Assembly: GCA_963781885.1 (NCBI GenBank)
Contig: CAWAHW010000004.1
Span: 744,800-808,799, forward strand
Length of the DNA: 64,000 nucleotides
Reading direction: 5' to 3'
DNA from: an uncultured Spirochaetota bacterium
GTDB taxonomy: Bacteria; Spirochaetota; Spirochaetia; SZUA-6; Fen-1364
Notes under the pieces: generated by a model
The model's input: the letters and a program-made list of their open reading frames with translations, nothing else
Told to the model about the DNA's origin: nothing
The model's database searches: none
Shown here: positions 43,358 through 53,497 of the stretch, piece after piece
How positions within the stretch are numbered: position 1 is the first letter of the stretch
How the letters are laid out: each line of letters opens with the position of its first letter
Program-made: the position numbers and the translations under genes

Positions 43358-44084
43358 CAAATTTGGCAGAAAGGCATGCTCGCATTTCTTCCCCTCCTGA
43401 TAGCGAGAGCGTGTCTGAAATCCGGTCCTTCGATAAAACGGCACCGCACTTTTTGTAGTCGTAGCAGTATGGCTTCGCGATGGCGTGCCACATCCGGCGC
43501 CGGGAACACGGCTGCTCCGTAAGCTGATTGATCTGAACATGACCCTTGCAATCATCCACAGCACTCCCCTCTTCCCCGAAGACGCCGAACTACCGGAAGT
43601 TCAATCCGTTTATGCTATAGGCGAGCTGATGATCGACGGACCCTCAGCAAAACCTCTGAGCCAAATATTCCTTTGCATGCGGCATTGAAGAGGAGAGCTA
43701 TAAAAGGTCAACATTGTCTTCTTCGTGAGAGATCATCGGCATGCCGTACAAGTCGGCTACAGAACGGGCCAGCGCGTACCGGCTGAAACTCAACCTCAGG
43801 CTTCGTATCCATCGTCCGGCCGCGCGTTTCGAAGATGGCGATGCGGCGTCCGTCTAGTCGGGCTGCGAAGTAAACATGGAGCCTTGAGCTCGCCAGCAGA
43901 CCGCCGAAAGCCTCGAGGGCTGCCGCCGCATCCTCGCAGCACAGAATGACTATGAGCGCTCATGCCACTTCGACACTTCAATAGAAGTGAGGGCCTTGGT
44001 AGAATAGGGCGTGGAGTCAAGATGAACCAGCCCTGCTTTGATGCATGAAAGCTTGCGGTTGATTGTAAGCGCCCGAGGAACCAC

Positions 44085-45614
44085 CTACGCCTTTTCGGGA
44101 GGACATGTCAGCTTGGGAACGATATTCTGAGGTAGAAGCGCAACGTACTGCTCCGTTGTCGTCGCGGAAATCAGCTCATCGAACAGGAACCGCAGATACC
44201 AATACGGTTCGTGCCCATTAGCTTTCGCGGTTTCAATGATGCTGTAGAGGGCAGCACTTGCCTGCGCCCCGCGAGAGGTGGCGCTGAATAGCCAGTTCTT
44301 CCTCCCTACCACGAACGGCCGTATGGCGTTCTCGGCAAGGTTGTTGTCAGGATGCAGCATCCCGTTCTCCGGGTACCGCTCCAGCCTTTCCCACTGCCCA
44401 AGGGAATATCCGACCGCCTTGCCCAGCAGCCCCTGGGGCGGCGTCTGATCACGAAGGTCCTCAAGCCATTTCTTGAACGCTGCCAGCAAGGGTTTCGCCT
44501 TTCGAGTGCGCAGTTCGGCTCTCTGCTCATCATCAAGACCCCGTTGATCAGCCTCAACTTCCACGGCATAGAGCTTACGGATGTGCTCGATGGCCTCATG
44601 CGCCGCCGATCCAGCTGCCGCTACCTTGGTGACATCCACAAACTTGCGTCGTGCATGAGCCCAGCAGCCCATCATCACCACACCGTCGCAGCGGCCCAAC
44701 TTGTCGTAGCCGCGGTAGCCATCGGTCTGTGCATACCCCTGGTAGCCATCCAGGAACTCGTAGGGCACGTCGCCACTGCGTGAGGGGTGATAGGCATAGA
44801 CCAGGGTGGGAGCTTTCGGATTCCCGCCCCGATATACCCACATCTGGCTCGTTGATCCCGGATCACTCAATACCTGCAACGGTGTCTCATCGATCTGCAC
44901 GTAGGGCCCAGCCCGTATCTGGTCTCGCATCAGCTGCAGAAATGGTTCCAGCCTCTGAGCCACCTCCATAGCCCAGCTGCACATCGTTGTCCGTGACAGA
45001 TCCACTCCCATGCGGGCGAATATCTTCTCCTGGCGGTAGAACGGCAGGGCGTCGGCGAACTTGCTCACCATCAGGTAGGCCAGGAGTTCGGGAGTAGCGA
45101 TGCTCTTGGGGATCAATTGAGGAGCCGGCGGGGCGATCTTCACCGCACCCCCCTCTGTATCCACTCCCTGGCATGCTCGGCAGGCGTACTGGGGCCTCAC
45201 ATGCTGAATGACCTTCGCATGGGCAGGAATGATCTGCAACTGCTCGCTCACCTCTTGCCCGATGCGGCTCATTACCGCTCCGCAGGCGCACACCTTCTGC
45301 TCTTCGGGGATATCGTGCACCACTACTTCCCGCGGCAAGTTCTCAGGCAGCGGGCGGCGACCGGCTTTCTTGCGCGTGTGGCCAGCAACGGCAATGACGG
45401 GTTCTTCAGGCTCGGAGGCTTCAACGGCCGCTGAGGATCCCTGCTCGGCCTCGTTGAAAAGCCGCGCCTGCTTCTCCTCCGCCTCACGATCCGCGGAGCG
45501 CCCGAAGCGGTGAGCTTTGGCCAACCGTAGCTCTTCTTCAAGAATCTGGATCGTCTTGCCCTGCTCGATAACCAAATGGCGCAGCTCCTGCACATCCGTG
45601 GGAATATCAGCCAT
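44085..45614 (-). CDS. tnpC: IS66 transposase TnpC
   Basis: LPENLPRE; CACG..C..C zinc finger; LPFYRQ; IDETP; TDGY; CWAHARRKF; DNNLAENAIR. Confidence 0.95.
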   Translation of the reverse strand: MADIPTDVQELRHLVIEQGKTIQILEEELRLAKAHRFGRSADREAEEKQARLFNEAEQGSSAAVEASEPEEPVIAVAGHTRKKAGRRPLPENLPREVVVHDIPEEQKVCACGAVMSRIGQEVSEQLQIIPAHAKVIQHVRPQYACRACQGVDTEGGAVKIAPPAPQLIPKSIATPELLAYLMVSKFADALPFYRQEKIFARMGVDLSRTTMCSWAMEVAQRLEPFLQLMRDQIRAGPYVQIDETPLQVLSDPGSTSQMWVYRGGNPKAPTLVYAYHPSRSGDVPYEFLDGYQGYAQTDGYRGYDKLGRCDGVVMMGCWAHARRKFVDVTKVAAAGSAAHEAIEHIRKLYAVEVEADQRGLDDEQRAELRTRKAKPLLAAFKKWLEDLRDQTPPQGLLGKAVGYSLGQWERLERYPENGMLHPDNNLAENAIRPFVVGRKNWLFSATSRGAQASAALYSIIETAKANGHEPYWYLRFLFDELISATTTEQYVALLPQNIVPKLTCPPEKA

Positions 45615-45679
45615 GTTAGCCACGCGTGTCACGGGCACATGCGTAGCATTGTTGACTTCCGGACGTTCAAGGACTTTTC

Positions 45680-46027
45680 TCAAACAACTCGGGAGTATTT
45701 CACTTCCGCGTGCGCTTCCCTGACATCAAGACCCGCCAACAACCATTCCAGTTGCCGACCATCCATCTGCATGACCTCCGCGGCGCTCTTCGGCCAGCGG
45801 AATCGATCACGTTCCAGGCGCTTCTGCCAAAGGCAGAAGCCGTTACGGTCCCAGTAGAGAACCTTGATCCTATTGCGCCCTCGGTTGCTGAAGACGAAAT
45901 ACCCGCCCCCCAGAGGATCGTGCCCCATATGCTGCTGCGCCAGGATCGCCAGCCCATTGATCGCCTTTCTCATATCCGTGACGCCCACTGCCAGGTAGAC
46001 CTTCGCGTTGGTCTCCAGTCTCATCAT
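45680..46027 (-). CDS. tnpB: IS66 accessory TnpB
   Basis: TDMRKAINGL; KVLYWDRNGFCLWQKRLE. Confidence 0.95.
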   Translation of the reverse strand: MMRLETNAKVYLAVGVTDMRKAINGLAILAQQHMGHDPLGGGYFVFSNRGRNRIKVLYWDRNGFCLWQKRLERDRFRWPKSAAEVMQMDGRQLEWLLAGLDVREAHAEVKYSRVV

Positions 46028-46365
46028 GCGCGACGCTCCACCACCTGCAACAACTCTTCCAGGGTACGGGTGCAGAATCCGGGGTACACCTCGATGTGAT
46101 ATCCCCTCCCTACCACAAGGCGAATAGCTCCATGTCGGTCAGGGTTCATCATCGTATGCGGCAGTTGCATGGGCACGGGAACGAATGTGGCGGGTTTCTC
46201 ATCCTTTCCCATCAGCTTCAGTTTCCAGTAGACAAATGCATGTTTGGATATTTGATGCTCTCGGCAATACTCGACTTGTTTCAGGCCGCTGGCTTTCCAG
46301 GCCGCCAGTTGTTCGTTCCAGTATTGTCTCCTCTGCTCGTCCTGTCCTGCCTTTTCCAAATCCAT
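46024..46365 (-). CDS. tnpA: IS66 TnpA
   Basis: WKASGLKQVEYCREHQI...FVYWK; FVPV. Confidence 0.9.
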   Translation of the reverse strand: MDLEKAGQDEQRRQYWNEQLAAWKASGLKQVEYCREHQISKHAFVYWKLKLMGKDEKPATFVPVPMQLPHTMMNPDRHGAIRLVVGRGYHIEVYPGFCTRTLEELLQVVERRA

Positions 46366-46447
46366 GATGCTCCTCCTCGTGGTCGATTTGGGAGCATCAT
46401 TTCACGTAGATGATTTTTCCAGAAGTTGCGGTTTATCGGGCGCTTAG

Positions 46448-47565
46448 GATCAATCGCTTCAAGGCAGATGGTTCGAAAGGTTTGGAAGAACTCAGCCGAC
46501 GGCCGCATAGTTGCCCTTGGCAAATGGATGAACGGATTGCGGCGGATCTCATCGCGATGAGAAGAGCGCGGCCCAGCTTGGGACCGAAGAAGCTGCTGAA
46601 AAAGCTGCAGAAACGCCACCGCTATCTCGAGTTGCCCGCTGTGTCCACTGTGGCGCACCTTTTAGACCGAGAGAGTTTGATAGCCGAGCCCAGAAGACAC
46701 CGCCGAGCACATCCCGGATGCCCGAAGAACGTGGCTACTTCTCCCAACGACACCTGGGCGGCCGACTACAAGGGACAGTTTCGGCTGAAGAACGGCCAAT
46801 ACTGCTTCCCACTAACTGTCAGCGATCTGTATTCTCGCTTCCTGCTGGGCTGTGAGGCACACCCCGCAGTTTCCATGGAACGCACAATTGCCTATTTTAT
46901 GCACCTTTTCCGCACTTATGGGCTGCCCAACCGCATCCGAACTGATAACGGAGTGCCCTTTGCCTCCTGCGCTTTGGCTCGGCTTTCGGCTCTACAGGTG
47001 ATGTTCATCAAGTATGGGGTCTACCCAGAGCTGATCGAACCAGGAAAGCCGCAACAAAATGGAATCCATGAGCGCATGCATCGTACCCTCAAGCAGGAGG
47101 CCACCATACCTCCGGCGAGCAGCCTGAGCGGGCAGCAGAAAAAGTTTGATTCATTTAGGGAGGAGTTCAACACCGAGCGCCCGCACGAAGCTCTTGGCAT
47201 GGTCGAACCTGCAAGTGTGTACTGCCCCTCAGGACGAACGTTACCTGAGCATGTTGGCATCTACGACTATCCGCACCACTACCTGGTTCGGCGCGTGAGT
47301 CGCTGCGGTACCATTCGCGTGTTTCACAACCAGGTCTTTGTGACGCAAACCCTCAATGAGGAGTACGTGGGTCTCGAGGAAGTGGATGACGGGGTCTATG
47401 ATCTATACTTCTGTTTCTACCAGATTGGTCGCTACGAATTGCGCACCAACAAGATCCAGGATATTATCTCTCGGGTGCCAACCAGTCAGCCCCGGGCGGA
47501 TCTGACTTCGAGGGTGTTACCGATGTCTTTAGAATAATGTGTTACCCATGTCTTTGGACTGTACA
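46448..47565 (+). mobile_element. IS481-family element A, 5'-truncated at the IS66 end
   Basis: DDE core WAADYKG, RTDNG, QNGIHERMHRTLK (ORF to 47537); right end with doubled GTGTTAC..ATGTCTTT ending TGTACA. Confidence 0.85.
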
Positions 47566-47573
47566 GGACGGCT

Positions 47574-47689
47574 GCATAACAAATCGTTGGAGCACTCCGG
47601 ACTAGAATTTGGTCCACCAGACCCACTTCCGGGGCCGATCTTTGTGGTTTCTGTCTGATGCGGGCCGGGTGCTCAACTCTATGTTATAG
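47574..47689 (+). repeat. attC 1 (type A)
   Basis: R'' GCATAAC; L boxes GTTGGAGCACTCCGG/CCGGGTGCTCAAC with unpaired G and T; R' GTTATAG. Confidence 0.9.
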
Positions 47690-47726
47690 CTCCCAAAGGT
47701 CACTATTCGTCGGAGGAAATACGCTA

Positions 47727-48782
47727 GTGAGAACCGATCCAGTATCGCAGGTGCTGTCTTCCGTCTCCCGCGTCACCGATGTGCTCGTCACGGTACTCAT
47801 CCTTGGTTGCTCGGTCGGTGTGTTCTCGTCTGCCCTGGTATCATTGATAACACCGTCATCCATCGCCCTATTGGCCCTGCTTACAGTTTCGCTCCTGGCA
47901 ACCGCCGCCGCCTTCGTTCGACTCACATTCAGCGAGATCGCGGTTCGATCTGCGAGTATGACGGTTCCGACCGCTTTTGCTGTCAACTTGAAGACCGGCC
48001 GGGCATCCCCGCCTGTTCGCCTGCGAATGGCTGCCTCGGTGACGGCAGAGCCTCGGCCCTTTCCGATTGTTTTCCTCGAAGTTCACAATCGTCTCCAAGA
48101 CGCGGAACTGGATGCTGGAATCGACCGGCAGTTCTTTGAGCCGATGGCATGCCTCCTCTATGCGCTTCGGGACAAGCTGGGTGCCTGCGACGCTTTCGCT
48201 CCTCTACTCGCAAGAATAAGCCGCGGCCCTTTCATCAATAGCGTTGTTCAGCAACCGCTGTCTCATTTGCCGCAGGACATAGAGCAGATTGCACCCTCAA
48301 TTCTTGATACTGCAGTGCTACGTCGCTACTTTCACGGGCTCACATTCAACCTACCGACCGGTGTCACACTTCGTCTGTCCCTAAACCCTTTGGAGCTGTG
48401 GATTGCGGGATATGGTATCAGCCTTCGACTGCATCCGATAACCGCCGTGGCTGCCGGTGGAGCCACCTCCACATGGAAGCGACGTTTCTTCGATCACGAC
48501 AACTGCCGCATCTCGGGCGCTGCTTTCCACCTTACGCTTACCTACGGAGGCCCGGGGTTGCTATTTGTCCGCAAGAAGGTACAACCGCCCAAGTGGTCGA
48601 CGGAGGCCATCCTGAGTTGGTTTCAGGGCCTCGTTGACTGGATCAGCGGCTATCTCGATTGGCTGGATACCGATGACGAAATCAGGACTGCGGAGAGATT
48701 TGACCTAGTCACCGAATCGCCCCTTCACTATCGTTCGGCGTCTGGCTCTCTCCCCCCTGACATTGTGTTTGAGATTGAGTAG
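47727..48782 (+). CDS. cassette gene: hypothetical protein with two N-terminal TM helices
   Basis: RBS GGAGG + GTG; stop just before attC2. Confidence 0.7.
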   Translation: MRTDPVSQVLSSVSRVTDVLVTVLILGCSVGVFSSALVSLITPSSIALLALLTVSLLATAAAFVRLTFSEIAVRSASMTVPTAFAVNLKTGRASPPVRLRMAASVTAEPRPFPIVFLEVHNRLQDAELDAGIDRQFFEPMACLLYALRDKLGACDAFAPLLARISRGPFINSVVQQPLSHLPQDIEQIAPSILDTAVLRRYFHGLTFNLPTGVTLRLSLNPLELWIAGYGISLRLHPITAVAAGGATSTWKRRFFDHDNCRISGAAFHLTLTYGGPGLLFVRKKVQPPKWSTEAILSWFQGLVDWISGYLDWLDTDDEIRTAERFDLVTESPLHYRSASGSLPPDIVFEIE

Positions 48783-48790
48783 TGGATTGT

Positions 48791-48906
48791 GCCTAACAAA
48801 TCGTTGGACCAGTCGCCTTAGAATTTGTCTGGATTGACCCAACTTTGTCCTAATCGTCGGGTGGGGCTGGGGTGATGCGGCGGCGCTGGTCAACTCTATG
48901 TTAGGC
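48791..48906 (+). repeat. attC 2 (type B)
   Basis: GCCTAAC...GTTGGACCAGTCGCC/GGCGCTGGTCAAC...GTTAGGC. Confidence 0.9.
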
Positions 48907-48918
48907 GGATACAAACCT

Positions 48919-49716
48919 ATGTTTGTAGCGAGAAGTGAATCCTCCTCAAGGTGCATTGCTTGGGAAACCGAAAAGGACGAGGCGCCCTTCTTTTGCCCCG
49001 AATGTGACGCTCAAGTCATACTCAAGAAAGGACCCGCACGAATTGAGCATTTTGCGCATAAGCCCCCGGTGAATTGCATCTACGGTAAAGGGGAGACAGC
49101 GGACCACCTGCGCGCAAAGAAGGCGATTTACCTTGCTCTCCAAAAACACACAGACTGCACAAGATGCGAAATGGAGCGCTCCCTCAAGGGGGTACGGCCG
49201 GACATAAGCCTTCGCATTCGTGGAACTCCAGTTGCGATTGAAGTTCAGAATAGCTCAATCGCGATCGAAACGATCTTTCAACGCTCCGTGCGCTACTATG
49301 ACCTCGGTATCAGCGTCATGTGGGTCCTTCCAATGCACTTCCCAACTTCTGCTTACTACGATGAGGAAGAAGCTGAAGTTCACAGAATGAAGCATTGGGA
49401 AAAATATATTCAGGCCCTTCATTTTGGGCGTCTCTATTACTGGCAACTTGGAAGTTTCGTCCATGCTTATCATTTCAAACCATTTCGGAAGTACGTTCCG
49501 GAATCGGAGTGGTACAATCCCGATGGATCCCAAGAAACCCCTGGGGGGTACTATCAGGGGAGGAAGGACTTGCGAGAAGTGTGTAAGTTGGGGCCTCAAC
49601 TCCTAGATATCGCGTTCGACTTTGTTCCAAAAATGCACCGCAAGGTATTTGCCATTTCTCAAGGGAGAATTCCAATTTGTAGCACATGGCAAGACAATGT
49701 GCAGAGATGGTGGTAG
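48919..49716 (+). CDS. cassette gene: CoiA-like PD-(D/E)xK nuclease-family protein
   Basis: FFCPEC..VILKKG..IEHFAH; GETADHLRAK; VRPDI; VAIEVQNS. Confidence 0.8.
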   Translation: MFVARSESSSRCIAWETEKDEAPFFCPECDAQVILKKGPARIEHFAHKPPVNCIYGKGETADHLRAKKAIYLALQKHTDCTRCEMERSLKGVRPDISLRIRGTPVAIEVQNSSIAIETIFQRSVRYYDLGISVMWVLPMHFPTSAYYDEEEAEVHRMKHWEKYIQALHFGRLYYWQLGSFVHAYHFKPFRKYVPESEWYNPDGSQETPGGYYQGRKDLREVCKLGPQLLDIAFDFVPKMHRKVFAISQGRIPICSTWQDNVQRWW

Positions 49717-49721
49717 TATCC

Positions 49722-49836
49722 GCCTAACAAATCGTTGGACCAGTCGCCTAGGATTTCTTGTGGATAGACCCAACTTTTTCCTAATCGTCGGGTGGGGCCG
49801 GTTGATGCGGCGGCGCTGGTCAACTCTATGTTATGT
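49722..49836 (+). repeat. attC 3 (type B)
   Basis: GCCTAAC...GTTATGT. Confidence 0.9.
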
Positions 49837-49935
49837 CCATCCGCAATTTGATCGACTGCGACTGTATTACCCTGCTTGCGGACGCCGCATTGACGGCTCA
49901 CGTAGATCAAGGTAGAATACTATTGGAGGCATTCT

Positions 49936-50130
49936 ATGGCCAAAGAAGATCCAAAAAAAGGAACCGAGTCTAGGGACAAGGTTTTCAGCGAAAGCTTGGA
50001 ATTCGTGCAGGACTCTGCAGATGCCTTGTCTTCGGCCGCGGAGACGGCTGGACCGCCACCAAAGCTCTTTGTGAACAAGAAGCAGGCATCCAAGGCACCG
50101 AACAGCGACAAGAAGAAGGGAAATAGCTAA
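49936..50130 (+). CDS. small charged protein
   Basis: RBS GGAGG; 64 aa. Confidence 0.55.
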   Translation: MAKEDPKKGTESRDKVFSESLEFVQDSADALSSAAETAGPPPKLFVNKKQASKAPNSDKKKGNS

Positions 50131-50147
50131 CCTCGCCTTGAGGCTAT

Positions 50148-51141
50148 ATGGCCCTACCCGCGGATCTTATCGTTTCCCTACTTTTTCTCTTACCCGGCTT
50201 TTTGGTTGTGCAGGCTAGACGCCGTGCCAAGGAGTATGTTCAGCATGAAGCTTTTGAATTCACTATCATTTCCCTGGCATTCAGCTTTTTTCTTCTTTTA
50301 CTGTGGGTAGCTATTTGTCTTTTCCAAAGGGCGCTAATCGATTCGAAATTTTCTGTCTTTCAGTCTCTAGAAGAATATGTCTCGAAGTCCGGGGTTGCCT
50401 CCCTTTTCAATAGCTATGTCTATATTGCACTCATTTGCTATTTGCTAGTTTTCTTGACTTTTACCTTCGTTGCATATGCGTTTGCATATTCGTCTACCCT
50501 TCACTTTGTCGTGCGGATTTTTGGCCTCAGGAGAAGGACAAGGCATCTGACCCCGTGGGAGGACTTCCTTCATCTAAATCGGAGGCGTTGGGTAAGCATT
50601 TCACTCAACGATAATCGAACTTACGTAGGACGAGTTGGAATTTTCAGCCATAAACCATTTGAGGATGAACTTATTCTGATTAAACCCTGCTCTTTCTCTT
50701 TGCCATACTTCCTTGCTGGTCGCAATCAAACGAAGCTCCGCCAGGATGGTTCGAAGGCGATGCTGTAACCGAATCATCTCTCGCTGGGATTTGGTGGATC
50801 GACGTGCCGTTAGTGATCAAAAGCATGGAATCATCACCTACAAAGGCACAAAGCAACAGCGTACGTCCAAACCTTTGGCAAGCGTCTACATACCTTCTCG
50901 CAGCATTGTTTCAATGGAGTCATACGTCTCGGGAGTAGAGAGGAAGGAACTGGTTTGGCACCATTGGGTGCTCCTTGTGGCAGCTTTCGCTCTTTTCGTC
51001 TTCTTGGCAAGAGTTTCCTATACGATTCCGGCGGCAGCATTTCATATCAGACGGATAGAATTGATTGACTGGATTACGCTTGGCGGCATAGCCGCGTGCG
51101 TTGCATCAATGCTGTTCATGCGATCATCTTTTTCACGTTAG
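50148..51141 (+). CDS. membrane protein, DUF6338-like (probable frameshift near 50700)
   Basis: LLFLLPGFL; TPWEDF; WVSISLNDNRTYVG; continues in ORF 50713-51141. Confidence 0.6.
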
Positions 51142-51278
51142 CAATCCTATTATAGTAGGTTAGAAAATCCTTCAGTCCCGACAAGCAATTCTACTGCTAG
51201 ACATTGGGCCGCTCAAGCATATGGACTCGATAGATTTATGAAGAAGGCTTCCTTGGAATCCAATCGATTTTTTGGTGG

Positions 51279-51394
51279 GCATAACATAGAGTTGACCAGC
51301 GCCGCCGCATCAACCAGCCCCACCTCGACGATTAGGAAAACGCTGGGTCTAAACAGAGAAAATCCTAGGCGACTGGTCCAACGATTTGTTATGT
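51279..51394 (-). repeat. attC 4 (type B), inverted
   Basis: Reverse complement reads ACATAACAAATCGTTGGACCAGTCGCC...GGCGCTGGTCAACTCTATGTTATGC. Confidence 0.9.
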
Positions 51395-51517
51395 CCATCC
51401 TGGCGATAATTGAGGTATGAAGTCAACGCATCTTGCCAAGCGTCGTTCAGATGCTGCAAAAATGAAGGCAATTCAACCTTTAGGACTCTACTCAATTTGA
51501 CACAAGAAAGCTGGTGG

Positions 51518-51632
51518 GCATAACAAGTCGTTGGAGCACTCCAGGCTGAATTTGCTCCAATAGACCCGCTTCCGGCCCAAATCTTCGTGGTCTTTGTCTG
51601 ATGCGGGCCGGGTGCTCAACTCTATGTTCTGC
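51518..51632 (+). repeat. attC 5 (type A)
   Basis: GCATAAC...GTTCTGC. Confidence 0.9.
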
Positions 51633-51772
51633 GCATCTTTGATATTGAAGCTATTAGCAGGCGGCCAGGTTTCCGAATGATCCGTCACTTCCGTCCCCAC
51701 TACAACTTCCATTTCTGCGAACCGTGTGATATCATACACATGAAAGGCAAATGGAACGAAATGACAGGACAA

Positions 51773-52090
51773 ATGGAGTCAGTAGAAACCCGGCAGGCAA
51801 TCATAGACTACATCGACTCACAGATGCCGCGGTTTCGTAGCACATATTATGTTCGCAAAATGGCTCTTATTGGATCATTTGCCAGAGATGAACAGACTTC
51901 TGGTAGTGATATTGATCTGCTGATAGACCTTGAACCCGGGGCACCCGACATTCACCAAATCAAGCATATCCTCAAGGCTGAGCTCGAGCAACATTTTGGT
52001 CGAAGGGTGGAGATTGCGTCCGAGCGCTACCTGAAACCATACTATAGAAAGCAGATACTCCAGGAAGCTATTTATGTCCAGCAAGGATGA
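51773..52090 (+). CDS. minimal nucleotidyltransferase (MNT) antitoxin
   Basis: LIGSFARDEQTSGSDIDLLID; start codon uncertain. Confidence 0.88.
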   Translation: MESVETRQAIIDYIDSQMPRFRSTYYVRKMALIGSFARDEQTSGSDIDLLIDLEPGAPDIHQIKHILKAELEQHFGRRVEIASERYLKPYYRKQILQEAIYVQQG

Positions 52091-52418
52091 AGCCAATCTT
52101 TTGGCAATCCTCGACTCAATGCAAAGGATCAAAGAATACATCCAAGGTATCAACTCGCCTGATGACTTCTTGAAATCAAAGGTAGTCTTTGACGCTACCT
52201 TAATGAACTTCATTAATATTGGAGAGATGGCAGACCGATTGTCGATCAACCTCCGCGATCAAAACAGTGACGTCGACTGGCAAAAGATAAAGGACTTCAG
52301 AAATATCGTTGCGCACGATTACCTTGGAATTGATGCTGAAGAAGTATGGCAGATAATTCAAAGTGACATCCCTTCTTTGAAAAAGTCGATTGAAAAAATC
52401 TTAGCCACATTCCAGTAG
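52074..52418 (+). CDS. HEPN (DUF86) RNase toxin
   Basis: INIGEMA; WQKIKDFRNIVAHDY (Rx4H). Confidence 0.9.
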   Translation: MSSKDEANLLAILDSMQRIKEYIQGINSPDDFLKSKVVFDATLMNFINIGEMADRLSINLRDQNSDVDWQKIKDFRNIVAHDYLGIDAEEVWQIIQSDIPSLKKSIEKILATFQ

Positions 52419-52439
52419 TGCCAATGGACTCGAAAGAGC

Positions 52440-52553
52440 GCAGAACAAATCGTTGGAGCACTCCAGGCTGAATTTGCTCGAATAGACCCGCTTCCGGAGC
52501 AAATCGGTGTGGTGCCTTCTGATGCGGGCCGGGTGCTCAACTCTATGTTAGAT
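52440..52553 (+). repeat. attC 6 (type A)
   Basis: GCAGAAC...GTTAGAT. Confidence 0.9.
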
Positions 52554-52633
52554 GCTCCAAGATAAGGAGCATTCTCACTTGCGGGTAAACGGTCTCTCTT
52601 GACGTGGTGCTGAAATATAACTATATTGTAACT

Positions 52634-52921
52634 ATGGCAAGCATTACGGTTCGCAACATACCTGATGACGTGCTTGGGAAGATCAAAGCACTTTCTTCAA
52701 TAGAGAAGCGCAGTGTCAACAACGAGATTCTCGTGATCCTCGAGCGGGGAACATATGATGAGTATGAGGACAAACTGCAAAAGCGCAAGTATCTCTCAAA
52801 GGCTACTCAGGTTGAGATCTGGAAACGTTTGGCGGGTACCTGGGAGGATAGCCGATCCGCAAAGGAGATAATTGAAGACATCTATACCCACAGAACGGGT
52901 GGCCGTGACGTGCAGCCATGA
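52634..52921 (+). CDS. FitA/Arc-like RHH antitoxin
   Basis: MASITVRNIPDDV...RSVNNEILVILE; promoter TTGACG-17-TATATT at 52599-52627. Confidence 0.85.
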   Translation: MASITVRNIPDDVLGKIKALSSIEKRSVNNEILVILERGTYDEYEDKLQKRKYLSKATQVEIWKRLAGTWEDSRSAKEIIEDIYTHRTGGRDVQP

Positions 52922-53307
52922 TCCTGATAGACACTGATGTCTGCATCGACCTATTGAAAGGAAACAAAAAGATCCTCCGCCGACGTGAAGAGTATGATGG
53001 GCCAATAGGCGTTTGTTTCATGACAATAGCCGAGCTCTTTTATGGAGCTCAAAAGTCGAGTGACCCTTCCAGGAATATCGACACAGTAGAAAGGCTTCTT
53101 CTAACGCTTGAAATAGTGCAGTCCGATCTCAGCATCTTAAAACGATTCGGAACCATCAAGGCCCAGCTTCAGAATGCGGGAATGCCGATCGCGGATGCTG
53201 ATATCCTTATAGCTTCAGCTACGCTTGAAAAGGCAGAAAAGCTTATTACCGGGAACACCAAGCACTTTGAACGCATTCCCGGGCTGAGTTTGGAGGACTG
53301 GCGTTAA
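52918..53307 (+). CDS. vapC: PIN-domain toxin VapC
   Basis: LIDTDVCI; TIAELFYGA; ADILIASAT; LITGNTKHFERIPGL. Confidence 0.92.
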   Translation: MILIDTDVCIDLLKGNKKILRRREEYDGPIGVCFMTIAELFYGAQKSSDPSRNIDTVERLLLTLEIVQSDLSILKRFGTIKAQLQNAGMPIADADILIASATLEKAEKLITGNTKHFERIPGLSLEDWR

Positions 53308-53373
53308 GGCGCTTTCCTTTCTACTAGGCAGGAATTGACACGAATAGACAAACATCGATTGAAATCGCGGAGC

Positions 53374-53489
53374 ATCTAACAAATCGTTGGAGCACTCCGG
53401 ACTAGAATTTGGTCCAGCAGACCCGCTTTCGGTGCAAATCTTTGTGGTCTTTGTCTGATGCGGGCCGGGTGCTCAACTCTATGTTAGGC
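53374..53489 (+). repeat. attC 7 (type A)
   Basis: ATCTAAC...GTTAGGC. Confidence 0.9.
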
Positions 53490-53497
53490 GCATCGTG

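Larger units (their letters stand above)
44065..46447 (-). mobile_element. IS66-family insertion sequence
   Basis: Terminal IRs GTAAGCGCCCGAGGAACC / (rc) CTAAGCGCCCGATAAACC; tnpABC; no flanking direct repeat. Confidence 0.92.

Noticed and set aside
43380-44064. Possible intI/attI remnant left of IS66
   Set aside because: No recombinase motifs or attI-like boxes recognised
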